The position numbers were made by a program, and so were the translations under genes. Source: Octopus bimaculoides (Eukaryota). Taken from it: a DNA stretch of 55,983 bases. Positions 43,308-55,300 of the stretch are shown piece by piece. Under the pieces are notes generated by a model. It searched no databases. It was not told where the DNA came from and saw only the letters and a list, made by a program, of their open reading frames with translations. The number at the start of each line of letters is the position of its first letter. Position 1 is the stretch's first letter. The stretch is taken from positions 48,783,265 to 48,839,247 of the forward strand of contig NC_068999.1 in the NCBI RefSeq assembly GCF_001194135.2. Reading direction: 5' to 3'.

Positions 43308-46300
43308 GTGTGTGTGTTTGTGTCTGGACATGATGATTATATATGAACATCAGCTTCATACAAGCAGTGTTGTTCCTTTCCAGTGTTCTGTGGAAAACAT
43401 GTCTGGTCCTGGGGAAATATTACCTTGCTTGGAAATGGGTAAGGGTTGGCAATAAAAAGGGCACCCAACTGTAGAACCTTGCATTAATTGACCTGAAAAC
43501 CAATACTGATTGCACATGCTCACCTGGTCACTCACCTGACTTTTTTTTTGTTGACAAATAATGGACAGTAGATCATGTTTCACATTGCATTCTGAAAAGA
43601 CCGCAGTCTTGTTATTCCAGTTGCTCTTGTGTTTCACCTCCTCCTGTTACCATTCTCTGCATTTCACCTCCAGGCTCTGGAGTTAATACTTTCCCCACCA
43701 AGTCTTTTTCCTTACATAACGCTCCCTTCTAGAAATTCATCCTTGCTCTCTTTTCTCACAAACCATTAACCTTGACAGTAAACAAGCACCAACTGCCCTT
43801 GCCTCTACTCTGGGTGGATCTAAAATGGCTACCCGCCCTGCGTCTTCATTTCAAAAGATTTAATAAAATACCATTACACATCACCCTCATCCTTAGCAGT
43901 AACAACTACTTGAAAAGCGTTTGACAACAATAACTGCAGAAGGATTGGAGAAAAGCAGTGTTTGGTTTTGAATCATATGGTCTTTGGTTCAGACCCACTA
44001 CATGGCACCTTGGGCAAGTTTCTTCTATAGTCCCCAGATAAACTAAAGCCTTGTGAGTGGATTTGTAAGAAACTGAAAGAAACTTGTTGTATATGTACTT
44101 ATATATAGGCGCAGGAGTGGCTGTGTGATAAGTAGCTTGCTCACCAACCACATGGTTTTGGGTTCAGTCCCACTGCGTGGCACCTTGGGCATCAGACCGA
44201 ACAAAGCCTTGTGAGTGGATTTGGTAGATGGAAACTAAAAGAAGCCCATCGTATATATGTATATATGTGTGTATATGTTTGTGTATCTGTGTTTGCCTCC
44301 CCAACATCGCTTGACAACTGATGGTGGTGTGTTTACGTCCCCGTAACTTAGCAGTTCGGCAAAAGAGTCTGATAGAATAAGTCCTGGGGTCGATTTGCTC
44401 GACTNNNNNNNNNNAAAGAGTCTGATAGAATAAGTCCTGGGGTCGATTTGCTCGACTAAAAGTGGTGCTCCAGCATGGCCGCAGTCAAATGACTGAAACA
44501 AGTAAAAGAGAAAAAAAAGAGAATATATGTAAGTGGGTTTGCTTGTGCATGTGTGTAGGGGATGCTTGTCCTGACATCATATGATGGTTGTAAATGAGCA
44601 TCATTGTCATATAAGTGGCATTATTCATTTCCAGTCCTCTGCTAAAAAAAATGACATGTCAGGCCATGGGAAATATTACCTTGTTGGAAACAGGTGAGGG
44701 TTGGCAACAGGAAGGTATCCAGCCATGGGAAATCTGCCTCAGCAAAATTCTATCTTACCCATGAGAAAATGGAAAAATGGATGTTAAATGAAGAATCTCA
44801 ATTTTCTTTTTGGTTAAGCACTAAAATAGCCAGTTTCTTATAGAGAAGGGGAGTAGTGAATTAAAAAAAAATTATATTATTGGTAATTGTTTTATTGATA
44901 CTAGAGAGGGGAAATGTTAAGGTGACTTTGGCATTATTTGAACTTAGAACATAGGGAATTGAAAGTAAGAGGTTACAGACATTTAACCTGGTTTCTTACA
45001 ATTTCTTCTGTTCCATCACCCTTGGTTTTTTTTTTTTTTTATTACAAAAAAATCTTCTCGAATTTTCACAGGAATCCATGTATGTTCCTGAACCAGTGAT
45101 ATCTATGTCGATCCAACCTGTGAGCCAGAAAGATTCAGACAACTTTTCTAAAGGTTTGGCTCGGTTCACCAAAGAAGACCCTACATTGGTAGTTAAATTT
45201 AATCCTGAGAGCAGAGAAACATTGATCTCTGGTATGGGTGAGCTGCATTTAGACATCTATACTCAGGTAAGCAATATTTTTCCTCTTTGTTGTGTTTACC
45301 TGGTGCAGGTGGGAAATATGTCATTTCGATGCTTCTGTGGCCAAGTTAATAAGGTATTGAACAACTTGGAATGAATTTTCTCCTCTTATTTTTATTACTG
45401 CATTATATCAATGACCCAGAAAAATGCCATTAAGCACTCTGCTCTATGGTGGTAATAAATTTGCCAGCTTGCGGCCTTTGAAATACTTCTACTACTACTA
45501 ATAATAATAATGGTTTCAAATTTTGGTGCAAGGCCAGAAATTTTAGGGAAGTGAGTAAGTTGATTAAATTGAATCCTAGTGTTCAACTGATACTTATTTT
45601 ATCAACCCCAAAAGGATGAAAGGCAAAGTCAACCTCAGCAGAATTTGAGCTCAGAATGTAAAGGAGGATGGAATTCCACCCAGCATGCTAATGATTCTGC
45701 TAGCTTGCTGCCTTTGAAATAGTAAGAATAATATTACCAGTTAAGATCATGGCTTTTGATCTTAACTGATTGGAAGTGTTATCATGTACATTGTTTTGTC
45801 TTGGTATAAAAGATGGGCTACAACAAATATTCTGTTCAGTACCACAGATTTGCTGGTCAGTTGTGTGACCTCAATTAGTCAAGCATGTCCCTTAGTGGCT
45901 GATGATATGTGCACCTCTGATAATGAGCATGAGGAGTGGGGGTGCATCATAGCCATGTGTTCAAAGGAATTCTTTGGGGTTTAAATAATTCACCTCTGGA
46001 AACATGAGTGTTTCGTTCAACATCCTTAAACAACCCTTATTCAGGGACCTTTTGAGTGGGATGGGCTACTTGACCAGTATGATTGGGCTTTGTATATTTG
46101 TACCCCAGTGTCACTTTGATGCCATGTGCTGCTCAATAGTGATAAAAATGGGGCATTTCTAAAAGCTAATATTTCAAAAGATAGTAAAACTGTGTTTATT
46201 GAAAATATATTTCAGCGCCTGGAACGAGAATATAATGCCAAATGTGTTCTTGGGAAACCTAAAGTTGCTTTCCGAGAAACTCTTTTAGCTCCTTGCGAGT

Positions 46301-49300
46301 AAGTATATTGTTTCATTTGTTATTTATCATTTACTTGTGAATGTTTTGTACACAATTTATTTGATTGAAGCAAGGACTGTTATTGTTTGTCAACACAGCC
46401 TGGCACCAATAGCAGTATTTCAGTCTTAGAATGGAGTGGCAAGGCTGTTGATGCTACTTTTCATACTCACCACAATCTACATTTCTTTATCTTTGTAAAG
46501 TTGTGAGGGCACATGGCTAAGTGGTTAGGATATTTAGCTCAAGATTGTTAGGTCATGAGTTCAATACCTGGCAGCATTTTGTGTCCTTGAGCCAGACACT
46601 TCATTTCACATTGCTCCAATTCCACTCAGCTGGCAAAAATGAGTCGTATCTCTGTTTCAAAGGATCAGCCTTGATACATTCTATGTCACGCTGAATCTCC
46701 CTGAGAACTACGTGAAAGGTATGCATGTCTGTGGAATGCTCAGCCACTTGCATGTTAATTTCACGAGCAGGCTGTTCCATTGATCAAATCATCTGGAAGC
46801 CTCATCATTATAATCAACAGAGTGCCAGTGTAGCTGTGAAGATATTTTTGTATAGCCTAGTGATGAGGTCGTTGTACTCTTGGTTACGGTTTCGATTCCC
46901 AGACCAAGCAGTGCATTGTGTTCTTGAGAAAAAACACCTCATTTCATATTGCTCCAGTCCACATCCTGTTCTAGGTAGATGTTATGATCTCAGCCACTTA
47001 TACACATTGGAAACTGGATAACGAGTCCTAAGACTCAAGACAGTGATGTTTAAGGGAAAGAAATTGTATTTTCATAAAGATATAACAGTTCCCAAATGTG
47101 ATAATGGACAATTTTCTTTCATTTCAGATTCGATTATCTTCATAAAAGACAGTCAGGAGGTCAGGGTCAATATGGTTGTGTCATAGGAATTATGGAGGTC
47201 AGTTGACACTTTTGTTTATTTCAAAATGAATTAATTAATTTTTTATTGTTGACTTGTTTCAGTCAGTGGGCTATGGTCACGCTGGAGCACCATTTTGAAG
47301 GCTTTAGTTGAACAATTTGACCCCAAAACGTTTTTCTATCTCTTTTGCCAAACATCTAGATTACAGGGACACATACAAACCAACACTTGTTGGGAGGTGG
47401 CTTGGACAAGCACACACATACACATGTGTGTGTGTGATGGACTTCCACTCAGTTTCTGTCCACCAAATTCACTTACAAGACATTGGTTGGCCCAGGGCCA
47501 TAGACACTTACCCAAGGTGATGTGAAGAGTAGCTGAAGCTGAGACCACGTGGTTGTAAAGCGAGCTTCTTAACCACACAGCCATACCTGTACCTATTAAG
47601 TATTTTTAATAAACTTTTTATTCATTAATCATGAAAACAATTTTTTAAAAATTTACTTTTTCTTTTAAGGCAGTCAGCCACCAGAATTCTAAGTGTGCCA
47701 GGCAAAAATGCTTAGAGGCATTTCATCTTGAGTTCAAATTCTGCCGACATTGACTTTATCTTTCATCCTTTCGGGGTCAATAGAATAAGTACTAGTTGAG
47801 GACTGGGGATGATGTAATCAATTTATTTCCCCCCCCCCCGCTCCTTGTACCAAAATCTGAAATCAATTTACGTTTTTTTTCTTTCTTTCTTTAATGTTCT
47901 TTTGTGTTTTACTTCAACTCTTTTTCATGCTTGCGTGTGCAAATTCTTGGAGAAAGGAATTGTCTTTACAGCTGGATATCCTTCTGAATGTTGATGTAGG
48001 CAGATAAACTGAAAAGTTCCTGGTTTTGGGTGAAAGAAAATACAGGAAGATCAGTTAATTATGATTTTACTGAACATATCATCCTCTCAGGTTCACACTT
48101 ATTGCAGCAGTCCTTCAGTTTTTTCTAAGCCCTGCAAAAGAACTTGGAAGTAAAAGGCCTCCAATCGGGCCTCTTTCGCAATATCCTTAAAGCCAGGAAC
48201 TTTTCAGCATTCCCCTCTTATATGCATATGGACAATGTAATACCTCACATTACATTGTACATTGTATATCTTGTGTTACAAGTAGTTTGGTCAGATCTGA
48301 GAATAATGGACCATGCAACTGAAATAACCCACTGCCAAGAGACCTATTCCATTACTGACCTGTTCAACCCATCCCAACATTGGAAAAAAAAATATATCTA
48401 AACAATAATGATAATTATCATAAAAATTTGCTTTAAGCTACCTGAGTTCGATGCAGTTTATTAGTTTTTAAATGCAATAATATTGAATGATATATTTTTA
48501 ATGAAATCTGTAATTATATGTGCATGCCTTTTGATGTGTAGCTGTTGTTTTTTCTTTCCTTATTGTTTTATGTAGCCATTACCTCCACATGAAAACACAC
48601 AGCTAAAATTTGTTGATGAGACCTCTGGAACAAATGTACCAAAAACTTATCTACCAGCTATTAAAAAGGTATCTAGTGAAATTTTTATTTTATATCTGAT
48701 CAGACCCCTTGCCAGACTTTGGTGCCTGGGGGTGCTTCAGAATATTCTGGGTGGGCACTAATTTTGTAAACTATTTTCTGAATCTGAATAGTAAGTGGGG
48801 CAGTGCCATCTTTAACAACAGGCATGTTTCCAATCCTTAAAATGCTGTATTTAGAAAGAATGTGGTGCTAAACTTGTTAGTTTTGGCTGTAAATATTTCT
48901 TGGTGTAATAAACATTATCAACCACACACACACTTAGCAGTGAATTCACAAAGCATATGCGTTAAGTATGTGTGGTCGATAACCATCATTATCATTTAAC
49001 GTCTGCCTTCCATGCTGGTATGGGTTGGATGGTCAAGCAGGAGCCTGCACCAGGCTTCTGTCTCTGTTTTGGCAGGGTTTTTACTGCTGGATGCCCTTCT
49101 TAACACCAACCACCCAGCAGAGTGGACTGAGTGCTTCTTACGTAGCACAAGCAAGGTCATTTTGCCATGGTTTTTACAGCTGGATGTCTTTCCAAATGCC
49201 AACTACTTTACAGTGTGGACTGAATGCTTTACAAACATACATACATACATATACATATATATATATAGCAAGAGAAAAGGTGGTTATGCTGTCTCTCTCT

Positions 49301-52300
49301 CTCTCATTGTTTCATGTTTATAGACAAACAAAGCATAATAATCTTTATTTCATGTTTGATTTTCTTCAGTTTTGATCCATTTATCTTTGTTTGATTTTCC
49401 CTAACTAAATTTTCGTTGTTTAACTTCCTGTTTTTATTGTTGATAGGGTTTTTTAAATTCTTGTGGCAAGGGTACTTTATGTGGGCATCCAGTTTCCGGT
49501 GTCAGCTTTAGACTACAAGACGGTAAGTAGAAGTTTTGGAATCATCATCGTCAGCAGCAGCACAAAATCACACCCTTCTCTCACCATTATTATTATTATT
49601 ATTTAATTTTTCCATACTTGCAAGAATTGAATCTTTCCACAACATCAAAGGCAGGTTAACTAGCAAGTTAGTTTTTGTTTGTGGCAGATGTTCAGGTACA
49701 ATAAAGACTGCAAACAAACAGGAAACAACTTCTATCTCATTCCAGGGTGAAAAACTAGAGGTAGTTGATAGCTTCCGCTATCTGGGCGACCAAGTTAGTA
49801 GTGGGGGTGGGTGCGCTGAAAGTGTAGCTGCTAGAATAAGAATAGCCTGGGCAAAGTTTAGAGAGNNNNNNNNNNNNNNNNNNNNNNNNNNNNNNNNNNN
49901 NNNNNNNNNNNNNNNNNNNNNNNNNNNNNNNNNNNNNNNNNNNNNNNNNNNNNNNNNNNNNNNNNNNNNNNNNNNNNNNNNNNNNNNNNNNNNNNNNNNN
50001 NNNNNNNNNNNNNNNNNNNNNNNNNNNNNNNNNNNNNNNNNNNNNNNNNNNNNNNNNNNNNNNNNNNNNNNNNNNNNNNNNNNNNNNNNNNNNNNNNNNN
50101 NNNNNNNNNNNNNNNNNNNNNNNNNNNNNNNNNNNNNNNNNNNNNNNNNNNNNNNNNNNNNNNNNNNNNNNNNNNNNNNNNNNNNNNNNNNNNNNNNNNN
50201 NNNNNNNNNNNNNNNNNNNNNNNNNNNNNNNNNNNNNNNNNNNNNNNNNNNNNNNNNNNNNNNNNNNNNNNNNNNNNNNNNNNNNNNNNNNNNNNNNNNN
50301 NNNNNNNNNNNNNNNNNNNNNNNNNNNNNNNNNNNNNNNNNNNNNNNNNNNNNNNNNNNNNNNNNNNNNNNNNNNNNNNNNNNNNNNNNNNNNNNNNNNN
50401 NNNNNNNNNNNNNNNNNNNNNNNNNNNNNNNNNNNNNNNNNNNNNNNNNNNNNNNNNNNNNNNNNNNNNNNNNNNNNNNNNNNNNNNNNNNNNNNNNNNN
50501 NNNNNNNNNNNNNNNNNNNNNNNNNNNNNNNNNNNNNNNNNNNNNNNNNNNNNNNNNNNNNNNNNNNNNNNNNNNNNNNNNNGGTGGCACATAAAAGACA
50601 CCATTTCGAGCGTGGCCGTTTTCGTGCGGGTGACACGTAAAAGCACCCACTACACTCTCTGAGTGGTTGGCGTTAGGAAGGGCATCCAGCTGTAGAAACT
50701 CTGCCAAATCAGACTGGAGCCTGGTGTTGCCATCCGGTTTCACCAGTCCTCAGTCAAATCGTCCAACCCATGCTAGCATGGAAAGCGGACGTTAAACGAT
50801 GATGATGATGATGATGATGTCTTTCAATTCTACATCATGTCATGTTAAAATATGGTGAGGAATGCCCATTCAGTCAGTTCCTTCCAAATTCATGTAGTTC
50901 TCCATTAACATCCATCCTCATAGTACACGTAGTCTTCAACAACACTGCTTAAATAATAACTTTTAATATAGCCACAAGCCTGAAATTATCAATCTCAAAA
51001 GATGAATGGCAATGTTAACCAGAGTAGAATTTGAACTCGAAACAGAGAGACAGAGCAAATATTGCAAGTCTTTTGTCCAATCTGGCAAGTCTGTCATTCT
51101 GCTACCCCTTCTAAAAAGGATTGCTTTAATTTTTTCTGATTATGATTTATTTATTATTTAAAAAAATAATAATAAAATTTATGCACTCACACACCTATAT
51201 AATTCCCTACATTTTGAAAGTGGTGCACCCTATGGCCTTAGCTGTGATAGCTAAAATATACTAAAAATCTATGCATACACATACATAATTATATATTTCT
51301 TTTCTGGGACCAGCAGATCTCAAAGCACATAAAGCTATTAAGAATAGTATGTAATTATTGGAGTGTAGTATCCGTTTTGTCTAGAAAAATTCGAAGACTA
51401 ACCATGGGACACGAATCCACATCTCTCTAGATGTGCTCTGCGATCTGTTATTTCAAAAACAAAAAAAGAAAGTATTATTTCATGCTCTCATGAAAGTTTA
51501 TAAAATTCGTGACATTAATAATTACATGTATGTACACACATATACATATACGTGTGAATATATATGTATGTGAAGGCACATGGCTTAGTGGTAAGGGCAT
51601 TCAGCTCACGATCACAAGATCGTGAGTTCAATTCCCGGCGATGTGCTGTGTCCTTGAGCAAGACACTTTATTTCACGCTGCTCCAGTCCACTCAGCTGGA
51701 AAAAATGAGTAGTACCTGTATTTCAAAGGGCCAGCCTTGTCTCACTCTGTGTCACATTGAATCTCCTTGAGAGCTACATTAAGGGGTGCATGTGTCTGTG
51801 GAGGGCTCAGCCACGTGCACATTAATTTCACAAGTAGGCTGTTCTATTGATCGAATCAACTGGAACCTGCATCGTTGTAACCAACAGAGTGCTAATTATA
51901 TATGTATACATATATGTACGCACTCACCTACAGAATATTTTTTTACTTCAGATAATATTCTAATGACATATTTATTTTACCTGCTTCTAATCTTTCAGGT
52001 GCTCATCACATTGTAGATTCCAGTGAGTTTTCTTTCTTCACAGCAGCAGAAGGTGCAGTAAAGCAAGGTAAACCTGGACATTTTAATGTGATTTTTTATT
52101 TTTAAACTGATGTTGATGTTCTTAGATGTTTCAGCTATGAATCTTAGAATGTTAAGATGGATGAAACGCCTCAAAGCATGACAGGCTTCTTTCAGTTTCC
52201 TCCTACTAAATTCATTCGCAAGGATTTTGTCGGCCCAGGGCTATAGTAGAAAACACTTGCCTATGGTGCCACACAGCCATGCCTGCATCTATTTGTTATT

Positions 52301-55300
52301 GTCATCATCATCATTTTCCATGCTGTCATGGGTTGGACGGTTTGACAGGAGCTGACCAGCTGAAGGGTTGTTCAGGCTCCATGTCTGTTTTGGCATGGTT
52401 TCTATGGCCGGGTGCCCTTCCTAACACCAACCTCTTTACAGAGTGTACTGGTTGTTTTTATACAGCACTGGCGCGGATGCTTTTTATGTGGCACCAGCAC
52501 CTATGAACCCACAAAATTCAGGATGCTCAGCTGCAAGGGACAAGCTTGTATACAAGAGCAACCAGACTTCTACTTAGTTTGATGTGTCTTTTCAAGCACA
52601 GCAAACTGCCAGGAGTCTTGGTCTCCTGTCATCTCCTCTGTGAGTCCTGATGTTTGTAGATCCTTTCCTCACCACATCGTCCCACATCTTCCTGGGTCTA
52701 CCCCTTCCACATGTTACCTCTACAATTAGAGATCAGCACCTCTTGATGCAATTGCCTGGCCATATCAGCATAGTCTTCTCTCTTGCACACTACATTTGAT
52801 GCTACATATACCCAGTTTTGCTCTCAAATCACTTACACTCTGTTGCATGTGTACACTGACATTACCCATCCAGCAAAGCATACTGCCTTCGTTTCTTAGC
52901 ATACCAGCTTCATCTCTTTGTCATGGTATTATACTTTTTACTTGTTTCAGTCATTTGACTGTTGCTGGAGCACTGCCTTTAGTCGAGCAAATTGACCCCA
53001 GGACTTAGTCTTTGTAAGCCTAGTACTTATTCTATTGGTCTTTTTTTGCTGAACCGCTAAGTTACGGGGGACGTAAACACACCAACATCGGTTGTCAAGC
53101 AATGTTGAGGGGACAAACACAGACACACAAACATATATATACGACGGACTTCTTTCAGTTTCCGTCTACCAAATCTACTCACAAGGCTTTGGTCGGCCCG
53201 AGGCTATAGTAGAAGACACTTGCCCAAGGTGCCATGCAGTGGGACTGAACCCGGAACCGTGTGGTTCGTAAGTAAGCTACTTACCACACAGCCACTCCTC
53301 CGCCTACATTATATTTATATTTAACAAACTCTGGAATTCCACTGCTGATTTCATTGCAATTGTTACTATATATGTCTCGTGTTCACTAATTCAAAACAGA
53401 AATATCATAATCCCCTTTTTTTTTATTTTTTGTCATTTTTCAAGTATTTGAAGAAGGAAATTTTCATATTTTGGAGCCTGTTATGTCTGTAGAAGTTGTC
53501 ATTCCGTTTGAATATGAGAAGAATGTCATGGTTACACTCCATCGGCGCCATGCTGTAGTTATGGGAACAGATGCAAATGAAGGCTATACTATAATACAAT
53601 GTGAGGTAGGTGTAACATCACTCAACATTCTTAAGGTATTTTCACGTTTCCTCTCGGTTTCTCTCTCTCTCTTAAGTTTATATATTGTTTAAAGTAAACC
53701 TGATAGCATCCAGATTACTTTCTCTCTCATATGTAATGCTTATTTATTCACATTGTTTTGAATTATCTATTAAGTCATAAGCTCTGAAATTTCAACGATG
53801 TGATTGTTTATTTTCAGAATGACATGGTAGGGGAGGCTAGGGCTGGTCAGTTTGAATGTAAAACAGATAGAATATTTGGGCCTGATAGGAATGGTTTAAA
53901 TGCTAATGGGTTAGTCAAAGAAGGAACATCCTTGATCTTTTTGGGACCTCCCTGACTGGTGAGAAGAGAAGTAACCATGCTATAAGAGCAACTACTAAGG
54001 GCCTTGTAAATTATCCAGCTGTGAGTTGCCAATCACTGGTAAAAATGCAAGCATGGAATGATGATGATGAATCGACCTCAGTACTTTTTTTTTAAAGCCT
54101 GGTACTTAGTGGTCCAGCAAAAGAGACTAATATACTAAGTTGTGGGGATATAAACGCTCCAACACATTGTATATACAATGGGCTTCTTTCAGTTTCCGTC
54201 TACCAAATCCACTCACAAGGCTTTGGTCGGCCCGACGCTACAGTAGAAGACACTTGCTCAAGATGTCATGCAGTGGGACTGAACCTGGAACCATGTGGTT
54301 GGGGAGCAAGCTTCTTACCACACAGCCACTCCTGTGCTTGAAGGAACCCTCGAGCATTTAAACCAACCACTTGCAGCCAAAATATTCTACCTGTTTTATG
54401 TTCAAACTGTCAAATCTGGCCTCTCACGTCTACCGTACAATGTCATTCTAAAAATATACAATCACATCATTAAAATCTCAAAGTTAATAGATAATGCATG
54501 ATTAATTCAAAACGATGCAAATTAATAAGTATTAAATTTGACGGAGTAATCTGAATATTAAAGGGTTATTAGGATTTACTTTCATCTCTCGTGGTCGTAA
54601 GTTCAAATTTTGTTGGTATTAGTGTTGCCTGTCATCTCTCCTGAGGACTTGTAATATAAAAGGGTCTGAAGACCTGTTGGGGCAAGCGAAATCGTGATGG
54701 TACCTGTGCCCAGTGTTGCCTTCCTGGCACTTGTGCCGGTGGCATGTGTAAAGACATTCGAGCAAGATCGTGCCAGTGCCGCTGGACCGGCTCCTGTGCA
54801 GGTGGCATGTAAAATACACCATTTTGAGCATGGCCGTTGCCAGTACCACCTGACTGGCCTTCGTGCCGGTGGCACGTAAAAGCACCAACTACACTCTCTG
54901 AGTGGTTAGCGTTAAGAAGGGCATTCAGCTGTAGAAACTCTGCCAAATCAGATTGGAGCCTGGTGTTGCCATCCGGTTCACCAGTCCTCAGTCCAAACAA
55001 TGCTAGCATGGAAAGCGGACGTTAAACGATGATGATGATTTTAATCAACCATCCTGTTCTTATACACCACACAAAGATGTTCAATTGCCTTTGTTGCATT
55101 CAGCCCGAAAGACAGACATCATTCTTATTCTTATATCCTTCCTTGCAGGTACCATTAAATGACATGTTTGGTTATGCAACAGAGCTACGATCTTCAACTC
55201 AAGGTAAAGGCGAATTTACAATGGAATTTAGCCGTTATTGTCCAGCCCGAGCTGATACGCAACAGTCTTTGATAGACGAATACCAAGAAAGTCTTCAGAT

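Noticed and set aside
44362-44457. Direct repeat aaagagtctgatagaataagtcctggggtcgatttgctcgact on both sides of a 10-N gap
   Set aside because: Typical overlap of unmerged contig ends within a SINE; an assembly artefact
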